From: Tubiluchus corallicola
Lineage: Eukaryota; Animalia; Priapulida
Direction: 5' to 3'
Length of the DNA: 64,000 nucleotides
NCBI GenBank assembly: GCA_030141605.1
Contig: JAQGDQ010000975.1
Coordinates: 1-64,000 of the forward strand
Part shown: one piece after another, positions 1-12,100 of the stretch
Position numbering within the stretch: position 1 is the first letter of the stretch
Layout: each line of letters opens with the position of its first letter
Notes under the pieces: model-generated
What the model was told of the DNA's origin: nothing
The model's input: the letters and a program-made list of their open reading frames with translations, nothing else
Database searches by the model: none
Program-made: the position numbers and the translations under genes

Positions 1-433
1 TATTTAATTGATTCCAGAATAATGCAAGAAGGAATAAAACTTTTTTGAAAATACATGGTGAAGTTAAGGACAGACTTCAAAACTGTTAGCTTACACGTCG
101 CATCACTGTAAAACAGCTTTGGATTTTGCTTTACACTTTGGAGCCATGAAACGCTCAGGCTGCTGGTTTCTTGCTTAACTTTCCATATTTCATTTTGCTG
201 GTTTCACCCAGCGGCTCTTGGATTTGTCCAGCTTTTTTTCTGATATTGTCTTTAATCAACTTTATTTCTAATCTAGACTTTACTTACTTTAATCAATAAG
301 AATAATTAATTACTTCCGGACAAAACTACAATATACGAGACGTTATGAGCAAAGGCTATATAAAGTTATGAGACGACGAACATACGGTAAAGAAAACAGG
401 TATCAACAGGACTCAAAGACATGGGTGAGTTAC

Positions 434-550
434 CTGAAGAAGTACACTTCGAATTAATGCATTAACTGAAGGAGCAAAAAACTGTGACGTGCTTTCAAAA
501 CACCATAAAACCAATCCACCTTTACTAAAAATGGCAAAAAGGTCTAACAT
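434..550 (-). CDS. SRPRA: Second copy of SRPRA exon 1 (inverted duplicate, intact ATG and donor); any continuation lies outside the window
   Basis: Reverse complement of 9057-9173 (coordinates sum to 9607); ATG at 550-548, donor GT at 433-432. Confidence 0.8.
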
Positions 551-729
551 GTTTCTGATCAAGTATTACACAATATCTAACCTATTTTCCATGTCACTAA
601 ACAAACTATAAGAAAATCAGCACGATGTGGAAGCCTCGCGAAAACGAAAAAGAAATTAATGTCGCTAACACATGTTTGTGCGCAGTTTCGTGATTTCAAA
701 CGGGCACGCCGCAACCGCACAGTGGAAAC

Positions 730-1398
730 GAATTAACCAACAAACGTTTTGGGAATTTAAAAAGTGCATCCAAAAGCCCAAAATAGAAGCTATAGCAATG
801 AGATTCAAAGATTCATAGAAATTAAGATAACCTTTAAAAAGTATTCCTAACGCCAACTTTGCCAGCGGATGAATACGAGCAATTGATAGAACCAAGGGTT
901 GAAAAAAAATTTCAAACGTGTCGAACAAATGGCAGGTGAGAAGCAAATAAAAGAAATTGCTAACAGTGAAGTGAAGAAGGCAGTTTTGATAATTAAAAAC
1001 GAAAAAGCTCTGGGCATGCAAGGATGGAAAATGAAAATTTAGTAATCAAAGAAGCAGGGATATGATTTATTGATAGTATAGTAGCAGAGCTGAATAAAAT
1101 AATGAAACAAAGGGAAATACCAGAACAATGAGCCCAAAGAAAATAAAGTCAATCTATAAGGCAAAAGGTGATAAGAATTAAAGAGATGAAAATGAACGAG
1201 GGCTGTTTATAACAAATATTTTCAGTAAACTGGTGGACAAAGTGATTAAAAATAGTGTACTAGTTAGATTAAAAGAAAACACAGACGTTCATCAGTGTGG
1301 CAAAAGAAAAAATGGAGAGCCTATGGCCATCTATACACATTGAGAGCAATGTTAGTGTATAAGAGGTTTCATAAAAATGAAGTGTATTTAATTTTTTT
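730..1398 (+). mobile_element. Degenerate non-LTR (LINE) ORF2 reverse transcriptase fragment; mirror copy about 8209-8877 on -
   Basis: Frameshifted translation: FWEFKK...EVKKAV...KA.G..GW...IPEQ*...IKSIYKAKGD...NERGLFITNIFSKLVDKVI...HQCG...VYLIFF, the N-terminal part of a LINE RT. Confidence 0.75.
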
Positions 1399-2247
1399 GA
1401 ATACATATTGGTGCCACTACTCCTCATCTAAATTACATAATTATCAGAAGGCAAATAAAATATGTTAACAGACTTGACAGCACATGATCATTTTGGTAGT
1501 AAATTCCCGTAATAATATTTATTATTAATAACATTATTATTATTACTGTTACAATTATTATTATTATTATTGCATGGTAACAATACTAGCATGCAAATAC
1601 TATGCATATATAGTTATATACATGTGTATATGCATGTGTATATATGGCATTCTAAAAAATCATAGGCTTATGTCCACACTTATGTCTGTGTATATATGGC
1701 GTGAGTATATATGTGTATATATGTGTGCGTGCGTGCTTGCAGCTATATATGTAAATGCATGAATACATATCGGTGCCACTACTCCCCATTTAAATTACAT
1801 AATTATCAGGAGGCAGATATAATTTATGCTAAGAGACTTGACAGCACATGATCATTCTGGTAGTAAATTCCTGTCGCATTTATTATTATTAACATCATCA
1901 TTATTATTATTACTGTTACTATTATTATTATTATTATTGCATGGTAACAGTACTAGCATGCAATACTATGCATATATATACATGCGTATATGCATGTGTA
2001 TATATGGTATTCTAAAAAATCATAGGCTTATGTCCACACTTATGTAGGTGCATATATGCGTATGTATGTGTATATATGTGTGGGTGCGTGCTTGCAGCTA
2101 AATATGTAAATGCATGAATACATATCGGTGCCACTACTCCCCATTTAAATTACATAATTATCAGAAGACAGATATAATTTACGCTAAGAGACTTGAAAGC
2201 ATATGATCATTCTGGTAGTAAATTCCTGTCGCATTTATTATTATTAT
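1399..2247. repeat. About 360-bp tandem repeat, about 2.4 units; mirrored at about 7286-8208
   Basis: GAATACATATyGGTGCCACTACTC starts at 1399, 1761 and 2116; each unit carries (TTA)n and TA/TG-rich tracts. Confidence 0.9.
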
Positions 2248-5200
2248 TTTTAGTATTTTATTTCACATTACTATTTTATATTAAAGCTATCGATTATCTT
2301 TTTTGCAAATTGAACGTATGTTCTGATAATTATGGTATAAGCGGCAACACTGTCAGCCGTTAATACACTTATCTGGTGGAAAATTCGATACTTTTCACCT
2401 GCAATACGAGGAATATCATACAAAAAGGCAACCCTGGCTAAGAGTTAGTCAGAGAAAAACATGGCTGCATCCCCCAAAAGAAAAATGTTATAATAATTAT
2501 TGCATTTTACGTTTTAAATTAAAAAATATGCTTTTATATGACAGCACCAAATAAGTATATGAACGTCAATTTTTTTTATAGAATTCCCGGACGGATGTGC
2601 GATATGAAGAAGAAGATTAGGGCGAGCTGGGCGATTAGACGGAAGCAGAAGTATTTTTATTGTCGGCTCAAGAATCAGACTTATAAAGGTGCAAATACTA
2701 TGAACCTGTTACTGAACATCATAACTGTTTTGACAATGAACATAGTGGCAAGTGTACAAATTGTTTTAGTTGGCAAAAAAGGACAAAGTGGCATTAACAT
2801 TGCAATGACAATTACATGGTAAGCAACAAACTTTATATGTTAATACATATGGCATTCTTAGATTTATACATGTAAAATTTGTAAATGAAAAAATTACAAA
2901 AATACTTGGGTGTCTGTCAGTAATATATATTTTAATTCTATAACAAAAACTTAATATTTATTTATCTAGAGCAAAATAAAGCCCAATGAATAACCAGTTA
3001 CATTAGGTAAAAAAGTGTTTTTCTGATATACAGATGACTATTAGAACAGAAAAAACTAAACGTTGAATTTACCTTACATTCAATTTTCATATCATGGCTA
3101 GAATTTTAGTATTGCCTTTAGTATCATGCTACCTCTTGTTCACTATAGGGAAATTATTTCGATAAGAATAATCCACAAGAGAAAGCAATGTCGTGAAAAA
3201 CAAATTTCACTTACATTTCTCCAATGCATCGCAAACGATACTAAATTTGACCCAGAGCAGGAATACGTATCTTGAAAGCTCAGAGACCATATTTGAAGAT
3301 TTTTAGGTTTTCATCACAGGTCATACTGAAGTAACATTTTTAAGTCCTGAAAATTAAAAATGATCAACTACTAACTATTGCAATTAGAACAGTGGATTTT
3401 GTTTACAAAAAATATTATCACAACTTACCAGTTTAGCAGTAATTACAATGCAAATCTGTGCAAGACAAAAAATGGTAGATGGCGAATTATAAACATAATA
3501 CACAATCACAAATCATAATCTTTTGAATTTTATACTTCGATGCTAACTGTTCCTATTACTACTTAAGGTTCTGGTTATATAATTTCAATGGTAATTTGGC
3601 AGTTTATATAATGGCTTAACAAGGTCCTTTTTACAGCTATTATGCAGCAAACTTCAACATCAAAATATGTTTAGTCTGCCATAATCAACACTTGTTAAAT
3701 TTTCTTTTTCCAATTACACAGTAATAATTTGTACATGTATTTGTAATTGTGGTTTGTTGGCAAAATAAACAGAATTTGAATTTGAACAAAATGCCTAATA
3801 AAACATACGGAATGCTACAAAAGCACACCAATCAAACAGTGTTTGATTCAGTCCTCAAAGCCAGAATGTAGCTATTTTAAATTTATAATTTACACGAGTT
3901 ATTATTTTAAGAGTGATATATTCCACCATAGTCAAGCTCCAAAGGTCAAATATAATTTATGAAAATAAGCAGAGTGCTGCCTAAATAAAACACAGGCAGG
4001 CTGCCTTTTTTATAAAGTTTCACAGTGTTAAGGATTCAAATTCTGACAGGTCTGATCCCTAAGCTTTTTCATGACCATGTGTCAAATGAAAGTTAAACAG
4101 TTCCAAACCCAGTTAATAATTAAATGAGTTGCTCCCAAGAAAGAGGCTTCTGGGCAGTTTGGTCAACCGTACTGTGTCTGGTTGCGGAAGGTTGTGTAAT
4201 CCTAGAGACATAACTTAGGATTCTAGATTTCAGATCTCAATGCCACCATTTACAATAATCAACATTACTTCAAGCATCAGAGTACTGATTCCAGTGCACC
4301 AGTGTGTATTAAATAATCTCCTAAAATGATAGATTATAAAAAAATTCATTTTAGTTTATTTTATATTTCATTTACCCTTACTGTCGTGCAAAAGTAAAAA
4401 GCAATAACTACAGTTTTAACAAAATGGATGTTTGATGCATTCTTAACAAACAGATGGTGTGCTTTGTTGCTATCATAATGAAATTTCACTTTAAGCAGTA
4501 GTTTTTGTGCAATAAGTAACTTCCAATTATAGAGTATGCAAAAAAGAGCCCCACTACAGAAATAAAGTGGGGACTATCAGAATTAGCACTTATGCACCTC
4601 AATATACAAAAGTTCAAAGGAAAAATAACTTTTCATTTTCCTGCAGACTAAATAGCAGTATCTTTGTATAGAAGGCCTATTCTTATTTTCCATTAGAACA
4701 CAAATTCAAATGCAGATACTGCTGAACCACTTTGTTACAATTTACATGGGCACCACTGTTAAGCCAACAGGATAAAGAGCAGTATCTTCCAAGACAGCAG
4801 GTTGTACCTCTTAATTTTATTTGTAAATGGACGGCCTGGCTTTTCCTTTGTTCAACAGCATTCAGACATATACTTACGTTATTTGGCATAGTGGCATAGG
4901 AGCTAAAATGATTTGGGACAATATTGCAAACTTCAATTGCATTTGTCAAAGGCAAGATTTTGCAGTTACTGCCCTCTATTTTTGCACTGCAGTTTAGCAT
5001 TTAGGCCTTCTTTCTGACTATCCTAATGCAACAGGACCTAGAACTGCAAGTTATCTAGAAGCCAGATGGACAATAAACCTACTTTTTTGAAAATATCCAG
5101 ATGCGTTTAAATTCGCCATCAAATAACATTGTTACAGGTTCTAAATTCATAAAAATCGTGCAATCTTGAGTAAAATGTGCAAAACGATAATTTAATAAGA

Positions 5201-5498
5201 ATGAAAAGGTGTGTTTTAGTAATGCAGCACAAAGCTAATACTTTTCCAACTTTGTGTTGTGTAATTCTTCGCAACAGCAATAACTACCTAACTACCTACC
5301 CTGGACCACCTAGGTGTTGATGACAATCTATTAAATGTGCAATTTGTCGCAATTACAGTCGAAGAACTATTTGTCTCAAAAGTATATTATAACTACTGGA
5401 GATTTACTACTACTACTACACTTTGGCGTCAGCTTTGAAACTCTGCTGAAGCATTCAAGAATTTTTACTGCTGTCACGACCACGACATCTGCATTTGA

Positions 5499-5539
<41 letters not shown>

Positions 5540-5560
5540 TACTCAAGTCTCTTAGCATGC

Positions 5561-5593
<33 letters not shown>
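5499..5593. repeat. Interrupted (TA)n microsatellite
   Basis: Two TA runs separated by a short spacer of about 20 nt. Confidence 0.9.
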
Positions 5594-5595
<2 letters not shown>

Positions 5596-5599
5596 CATG

Positions 5600-6330
5600 C
5601 TAAACAACGACAAGTTACACAATGAACAATTCGCAACACAAAAACGCACTTCGAAGACAAACTTGTTGAAAACATATCACACGACTCAAGATTGTTTGAA
5701 AATGTAAATCAACACGTGTCAATAGGTCATTAGTTGGACCACTTATATACAATAATAGTAATACTAATACTGATACTGGCAAAATTGCAGATACACTCAA
5801 TGCATAATTCTTGAGCATATAATATGCTAGGAAAGATTTATCCATGATGCCAACTGTAGAACCCAAGGTATTGGATATACTTGAGGACCAACATTTATTC
5901 CACAAAGCTTTGCTGAACTTAAAGTACAATTCTCAACTCTGCAAAACCTGATCAGATACACCCTTCGATTTTAGTCAAGACTGTCTATGAATTTGCAAAA
6001 TGAATATCGCTATTTTAGAAAAAAACATTTGAAAGTGAAATTGTACCGAATGATTGGAAACTGTCAAGAATAAATCCAATTCTCAAAAAAGAACCAGGAA
6101 ATTTACATGCATATCATAGACCCATCGCAATCACTGGCATTATCTGTTAAGTCCTTGGGAGACTAATAATTAGCCAACTTATACAATACCTAGAACCCTA
6201 TAACTAATAATTAGTTCATCACAGCATGGCTTCCTAAAGAACAGATCTGTTTCAATTCTAACTTACTGGTATTTTTTTAATTTGCCTTCTCTAAGCTTGA
6301 CCAAGGAATGCCTGTTCAATACAGTTCTAT
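5600..6330 (+). mobile_element. Degenerate CR1/L2-like LINE reverse transcriptase fragment
   Basis: VPNDWKLSRINPILKK...HRPIAITGIIC*VLGRLI...SSSQHGFLKNRS, RT domain motifs with stops and frameshifts. Confidence 0.8.
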
Positions 6331-6636
6331 TCAAAATTTTTGAGTTGTCTCTCAATAGGTTACAAATTGTATGAAATTAAACTCAGTAAATTATATTAAC
6401 AAAAATATAGACGGGGTGGTGAAGGACCAGGGGTCCTCGAGCAGGCACCCCTATAAATATGTTATTTGAGTTAAAAACCGCTTTTTAAATTTAATAATGC
6501 GAACATGTTATGTCATTTATTTGTGCTGCTATGTGTTCTGAATTTGATGTTGTCTGGAGAAGCAAATAAGATATTTGAAGTTTATGGAGAGCAAATAAAG
6601 CAACATTACATAATTATTAGAAATACAGTTACATAA

Positions 6637-6995
6637 TGTTGTGTTTTGTTTTGTTTCTCTCGGAAAGCTCGTTGAGAAAACCAGAAAACACTCCATCATA
6701 TTAAACTAGTTTATTATGCGAGAATTCTACAACACAAAAGTATGAAGGAGCGCGAAATGTTTACAGTAAACATGAAAATCTGGAAAACGTTTGAGTGTAT
6801 CTGAAAATACAAGTATACAAGAGAATGTGTAAGTGTGAATCTGAGTGTGTGTGTGTGTCAGCGGCCAGCTTCGCCTTATATAGCGTGCCAGAGAAGTTTC
6901 TTTCTAGAACATTCTACAAGGTAAGGCGATTATTCTAACGGAACATTTTACAATGTTCTTTTTAATTCTAGTAGATGCCAGCGATCTCCACAACA
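6637..6995 (-). mobile_element. Solo LTR (359 bp) with 5-bp TSD CATAA
   Basis: TGTTGTG...CACAACA inverted termini; CATAA at 6632-6636 and 6996-7000; minus-strand TATA (CTATATAAG, about 6875) upstream of AATAAA (about 6710). Confidence 0.8.
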
Positions 6996-7164
6996 CATAA
7001 AATGCAATATCAATTAACCATGCAATATAAAATAAATTAAATAAACTAAATCAAAAACAAAAATAAACTGAAACCACACGTCACAATAGCTTATAGTTAG
7101 AAACAAAAATATGACGAAAACCAAAATAAGAAAAAAAAAACAAATCAGAATGTAATTAAGACTT

Positions 7165-7326
7165 TTATCATTGCATGGTAACAATACTAAGCATGCAAAT
7201 ACTATCTGGTTTCATTGCATGAATTAAAATTCGATGAAACAAAAATATTCAGATATAGCCTTGCAAATTAACTCAATGAAACCAGATAGTATTTGCATGC
7301 TTAATATTGTTACCATGCAATGATAA
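7165..7326. repeat. Hairpin: 53-bp stem (1 mismatch), 56-nt loop
   Basis: 7165-7217 is the reverse complement of 7274-7326; the stem is largely derived from the 360-bp satellite unit. Confidence 0.88.
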
Positions 7327-7340
7327 TAATAATAGTAACA

Positions 7341-7373
<33 letters not shown>

Positions 7374-8879
7374 GCGACAGGAATTTACTACCAGAATGAT
7401 CATATGCTTTCAAGTCTCTTAGCGTAAATTATATCTGTCTTCTGATAATTATGTAATTTAAATGGGGAGTAGTGGCACCGATATGTATTCATGCATTTAC
7501 ATATTTAGCTGCAAGCACGCACGCACACATATATACACATACATACGCATATATGCACCTACATAAGTGTGGACATAAGCCTATGATTTTTTAGAATACC
7601 ATATATACACATGCATATACGCATGTATATATATGCATAGTATTGCATGATAGTACTGTTACCATGCAATAATAATAATAATAATAGTAACAGTAATAAT
7701 AATAATGATGATGTTAATAATAATAAATGCGACAGGAATTTACTACCAGAATGATCATGTGCTGTCAAGTCTCTTAGCATAAATTATATCTGCCTCCTGA
7801 TAATTATGTAATTTAAATGGGGAGTAGTGGCACCGATATGTATTCATGCATTTACATATATAGCTGCAAGCACGCACGCACACATATATACACATATATA
7901 CTCACGCCATATATACACAGACATAAGTGTGGACATAAGCCTATGATTTTTTAGAATGCCATATATACACATGCATATACACATGTATATAACTATATAT
8001 GCATAGTATTTGCATGCTAGTATTGTTACCATGCAATAATAATAATAATAATTGTAACAGTAATAATAATAATGTTATTAATAATAAATATTATTACGGG
8101 AATTTACTACCAAAATGATCATGTGCTGTCAAGTCTGTTAACATATTTTATTTGCCTTCTGATAATTATGTAATTTAGATGAGGAGTAGTGGCACCAATA
8201 TGTATTCAAAAAAATTAAATACACTTCATTTTTATGAAACCTCTTATACACTAACATTGCTCTCAATGTGTATAGATGGCCATAGGCTCTCCATTTTTTC
8301 TTTTGCCACACTGATGAACGTCTCAGTTTTCTTTTAATCTAACTAGTACACTATTTTTAATCACTTTGTCCACCAGTTTACTGAAAATATTTGTTATAAA
8401 CAGCCCTCGTTCATTTTCATCTCTTTAATTCTTATCACCTTTTGCCTTATAGATTGACTTTATTTTCCTTTGGGCTCATTGTTCTGGTATTTCCCTTTGT
8501 TTCATTATTTTATTCAGCTCTGCTACTATACTATCAATAAATCATATCCCTGCTTCTTTGATTACTAAATTTTCATTTTCCATCCTTGCATGCCCAGAGC
8601 TTTTTCGTTTTTAATTATCAAAACTGCCTTCTTCACTTCACTGTTAGTAATTTCTTTTATTTGCTTCTCACCTGCCATTTGTTCGACACGTTTGAAATTT
8701 TTTTTCAACCCTTGGTTCTATCAATTGCTCGTATTCATCCGCTGGCAAAGTTGGCGTTAGGAATACTTTTTAAAGGTTATCTTAATTTCTATGAATCTTT
8801 GAATCTCATTGCTATAGCTTCTATTTTGGGCTTTTGGATGCACTTTTTAAATTCCCAAAACGTTTGTTGGTTAATTCGT

Positions 8880-9056
8880 TTCCACTGTGCGGTTGCGGCG
8901 TGCCCGTTTGAAATCACGAAACTGCGCACAAACATGTGTTAGCGACATTAATTTCTTTTTCGTTTTCGCGAGGCTTCCACATCGTGCTGATTTTCTTATA
9001 GTTTGTTTAGTGACATGGAAAATAGGTTAGATATTGTGTAATACTTGATCAGAAAC
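8880..9056 (+). promoter_or_regulatory. Putative SRPRA core promoter/5' UTR (CpG-enriched); mirror copy at about 551-727
   Basis: Local CpG cluster (GCGGTTGCGGCGTGCCCG, TGCGCA, TTTTCGCGAGG) immediately upstream of the ATG in an AT-rich background. Confidence 0.55.
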
Positions 9057-9173
9057 ATGTTAGACCTTTTTGCCATTTTTAGTAAAGGTGGATTGGTTTT
9101 ATGGTGTTTTGAAAGCACGTCACAGTTTTTTGCTCCTTCAGTTAATGCATTAATTCGAAGTGTACTTCTTCAG
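9057..9173 (+). CDS. SRPRA: SRPRA exon 1 ([39 protein letters not shown])
   Basis: ATG at 9057, donor CAG|GTAACT; matches the conserved SR-alpha N-terminus. Lies inside the right arm of the large inverted repeat. Confidence 0.95.
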
Positions 9174-12100
9174 GTAACTCACCCATGTCTTTGAGTCCTG
9201 TTGATACCTGTTTTCGGTACCGTATGTTCGTCGTCTCATAACTTTATATAGCCTTTGCTCATAACGTCTCGTATATTGTAGTTTTGTCCGGAAGTAATTA
9301 ATTATTCTTATTGATTAAAGTAAGTAAAGTCTAGATTAGAAATAAAGTTGATTAAAGACAATATCAGAAAAAAAGCTGGACAAATCCAAGAGCCGCTGGG
9401 TGAAACCAGCAAAATGAAATATGGAAAGTTAAGCAAGAAACCAGCAGCCTGAGCGTTTCATGGCTCCAAAGTGTAAAGCAAAATCCAAAGCTGTTTTACA
9501 GTGATGCGACGTGTAAGCTAACAGTTTTGAAGTCTGTCCTTAACTTCACCATGTATTTTCAAAAAAGTTTTATTCCTTCTTGCATTATTCTGGAATCAAT
9601 TAAATACTGAAATACGAAACTCAGCTTCTCTGTATAGTTTTAAAACGCTCTAATCTGCAGTCTTTGTCTCAAATATCGACTCTAGTACTTTACTGGGCCA
9701 AGTTATGCTGCAACTTTGATATGTAGATTACGTCTTGATAAAAATGCTTTAAACTATCTCTATATGAATATAACTTATGTCCTTCACATGTCTGCACTAA
9801 CTATGAATTATGCATTGAAAATCCTCATTACCTGTTATATTGCTCTGTTTATCCCAATCTTAGAATCAATTATATTGATAATGTATTTTCTTTTCTTCAG
9901 CCTTTTTTAAACTTTTATAGTTTAACTGCTGTGGAAAGGATGAAATTACTTATATATGGTTCGGATGCCTTACCAGTATCTATATATCTATAATTGAAGC
10001 TTTATTGACAGAAACAAAAAAATTATTACAGGAACTAGGAGACCATTTTGATAATCAGTGTGGTAATGATAAGGTGCCCTTTTACACTATGAAGAACATA
10101 GAGGACACATCCTGGAGGATCTTTTTTGCCCCTTTCATATCTGTCCGCTTGCTCTCCTGATTACAGTGCATGTAGATATGAGGACTTATTTTCGTGCTTT
10201 GCTATTGCCAAAACTACATTGCAAAGGCCCTTGCATTCAGTGAAAAGTGCTTGAGTAGGCTGTGTCGTGCTCTTGCAATGTAATTAAAAGCTACATGACA
10301 ATGTAAATTTATCCAAGTCCTAGCTATACAGATCTTCTGAGACCACATATAAGAGGTAGTTGTGGAAAGTCCACTACCCGTAGTGGTATTTCTGCGGTGT
10401 GACTGTTTACATTAGCTCTGAATCTGAAACGTCCACAATGGGTTAATTGCTTTTTACTTGGTGTAAGCTGGTTTTAGGAGACTAACAAAAATGTTTTTTC
10501 GCACGAATGTGCGATTTTTTCTAAAAACATGTAAAATGTACTGCAGTAAATCAGACACAAAACTTATATAATCTTGTGCTTTTTAATATAATTGAATTTC
10601 AAGGTTTGAATAGTTTGAAATGTGATATCTTTGTAAAATTGCACTGGTTAGTTAGCAATATGTTTGTCAATGTCAGTGAAAGTATTCAAACTGATAGGTC
10701 GTTTCATTTGCCATGGAAATTTCACCGATCTGTTAAGGAATTAAATATTTTTACCTTTTAATGTAATAAATTGTAATACAGTCTTACAACATTGCACAGT
10801 AACAGGATTGTAGGAATTTGTTATTTGTCACTAATTAGTGGGCCATTTTCTTCAGATGATTTGATTTAGCTGATTTTCTATGTATTATATGCAGCATTTT
10901 TTTCTATGGATTTCGTTTTCCTATTTTAGGAAAGAAGCAGCAGTAACAGTCTGTTTACACACAATGGACTTACGATACAGTGTAAACTGGACAACGAGTT
11001 TGAGTTGGTTTTTGTGGTATATTCCCATTTGTGTTGTTTTGTTCAAGTTGTTGTTTGGTTTATAAACCAATAATTTCAACCCATAAAAGTATAAGCTAAT
11101 AATTGTGAACTTTTTTGAAACTTTTTTGAAATATGTTTATATAAATTTCTCATAACAATAGCTTTCACGGCTTTTTCATTTCATCTCCTGATCTTTCTTC
11201 GTTAATTTTTGATATTAACTTTGAGGCAGCTTTCACTGTTTATTGTATAATCGCAGTGGATTTATGGCTACTATAAGTTAACCTTGTATTGTTGTGTTCT
11301 GTTTTACAGGTGGCATACCAAAAAATTTTACAGCTATCGTATATTGACAAATTCCTAAACAATATACAGCTGGAATTTAGAGACAAGTACAAAAATGATA
11401 TTCTCCAAGGACGTTTATTTAACTTTGACTTTGAACAAACGTTTCGGGTGAGCAATTAATGAGCTGCTTGTTTCTAACAACTAATGTCAGATTTAACAGA
11501 ATATTCACTTAACAACTCAAAAGAGTTAATTGGAGGCAAATTAGTGTGATCATGTGATTTTTAACATAAATTCTAATTGCACAAGTACTAGTTATCAGAA
11601 TTTTTGCTTTTAAATGATGCTTAATGCTTATAATACAAACCACCTGGTAGTATAAACATTATATAATTCCATATGGTTATATTATTAACTGTCTTTACCG
11701 CAGTAAAACATTGTAATTAAAGATTGTACAGTATGACATGTAATTTAACTTGAGTTATGAGCCGTATTATCTGAGTCATGAATGTATAAAGCCTTATTAA
11801 AAGTTGAACAGGCTTGTACAAATGCAAAACACTTAGGTGACTATTTAATGTATTTTCTTTCTTGAAATTTTCACTTGGCTGCTATGTTACACAATGCACA
11901 AACATTTTTAGTATTTTTTATGAAATTCAAAAGCTGTGATAATCGCTTCATTATTTTCCAATATTTATTGTTTCAGAATGTCCTTCAAGAAGTCGAGTCT
12001 AATAGTAAACGTGCAGCGCTGGCGCCTAAAGTTATGAAGACCTACGAGCAATCATTGAAATCACAGAAAACAGTTGCTTCCATGATCGAAAAGAAAGATG

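Larger units (their letters stand above)
1..2247. repeat. Left arm of large inverted duplication (open-ended at window start)
   Basis: Reverse complement of about 7359-9606; mirror ORF pairs 665-1021/8586-8942 and 1574-1762/7844-8032; only a handful of differences seen. Confidence 0.97.
7359..9606. repeat. Right arm of large inverted duplication
   Basis: 9587-9606 ATTCTGGAATCAATTAAATA is the reverse complement of 1-20; identity continues inward to the (TAA)n tract at about 7359. Confidence 0.97.

Noticed and set aside
665-1021. 118-aa ORF and its twin at 8586-8942
   Set aside because: Antisense reading of a decayed LINE fragment duplicated by the inverted repeat; no recognisable protein.
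1-9606. Interpretation of the large inverted repeat as TIRs of a giant transposon (Polinton/foldback)
   Set aside because: The arms contain host SRPRA promoter and exon sequence, and the spacer has no integrase, polymerase or transposase ORF.
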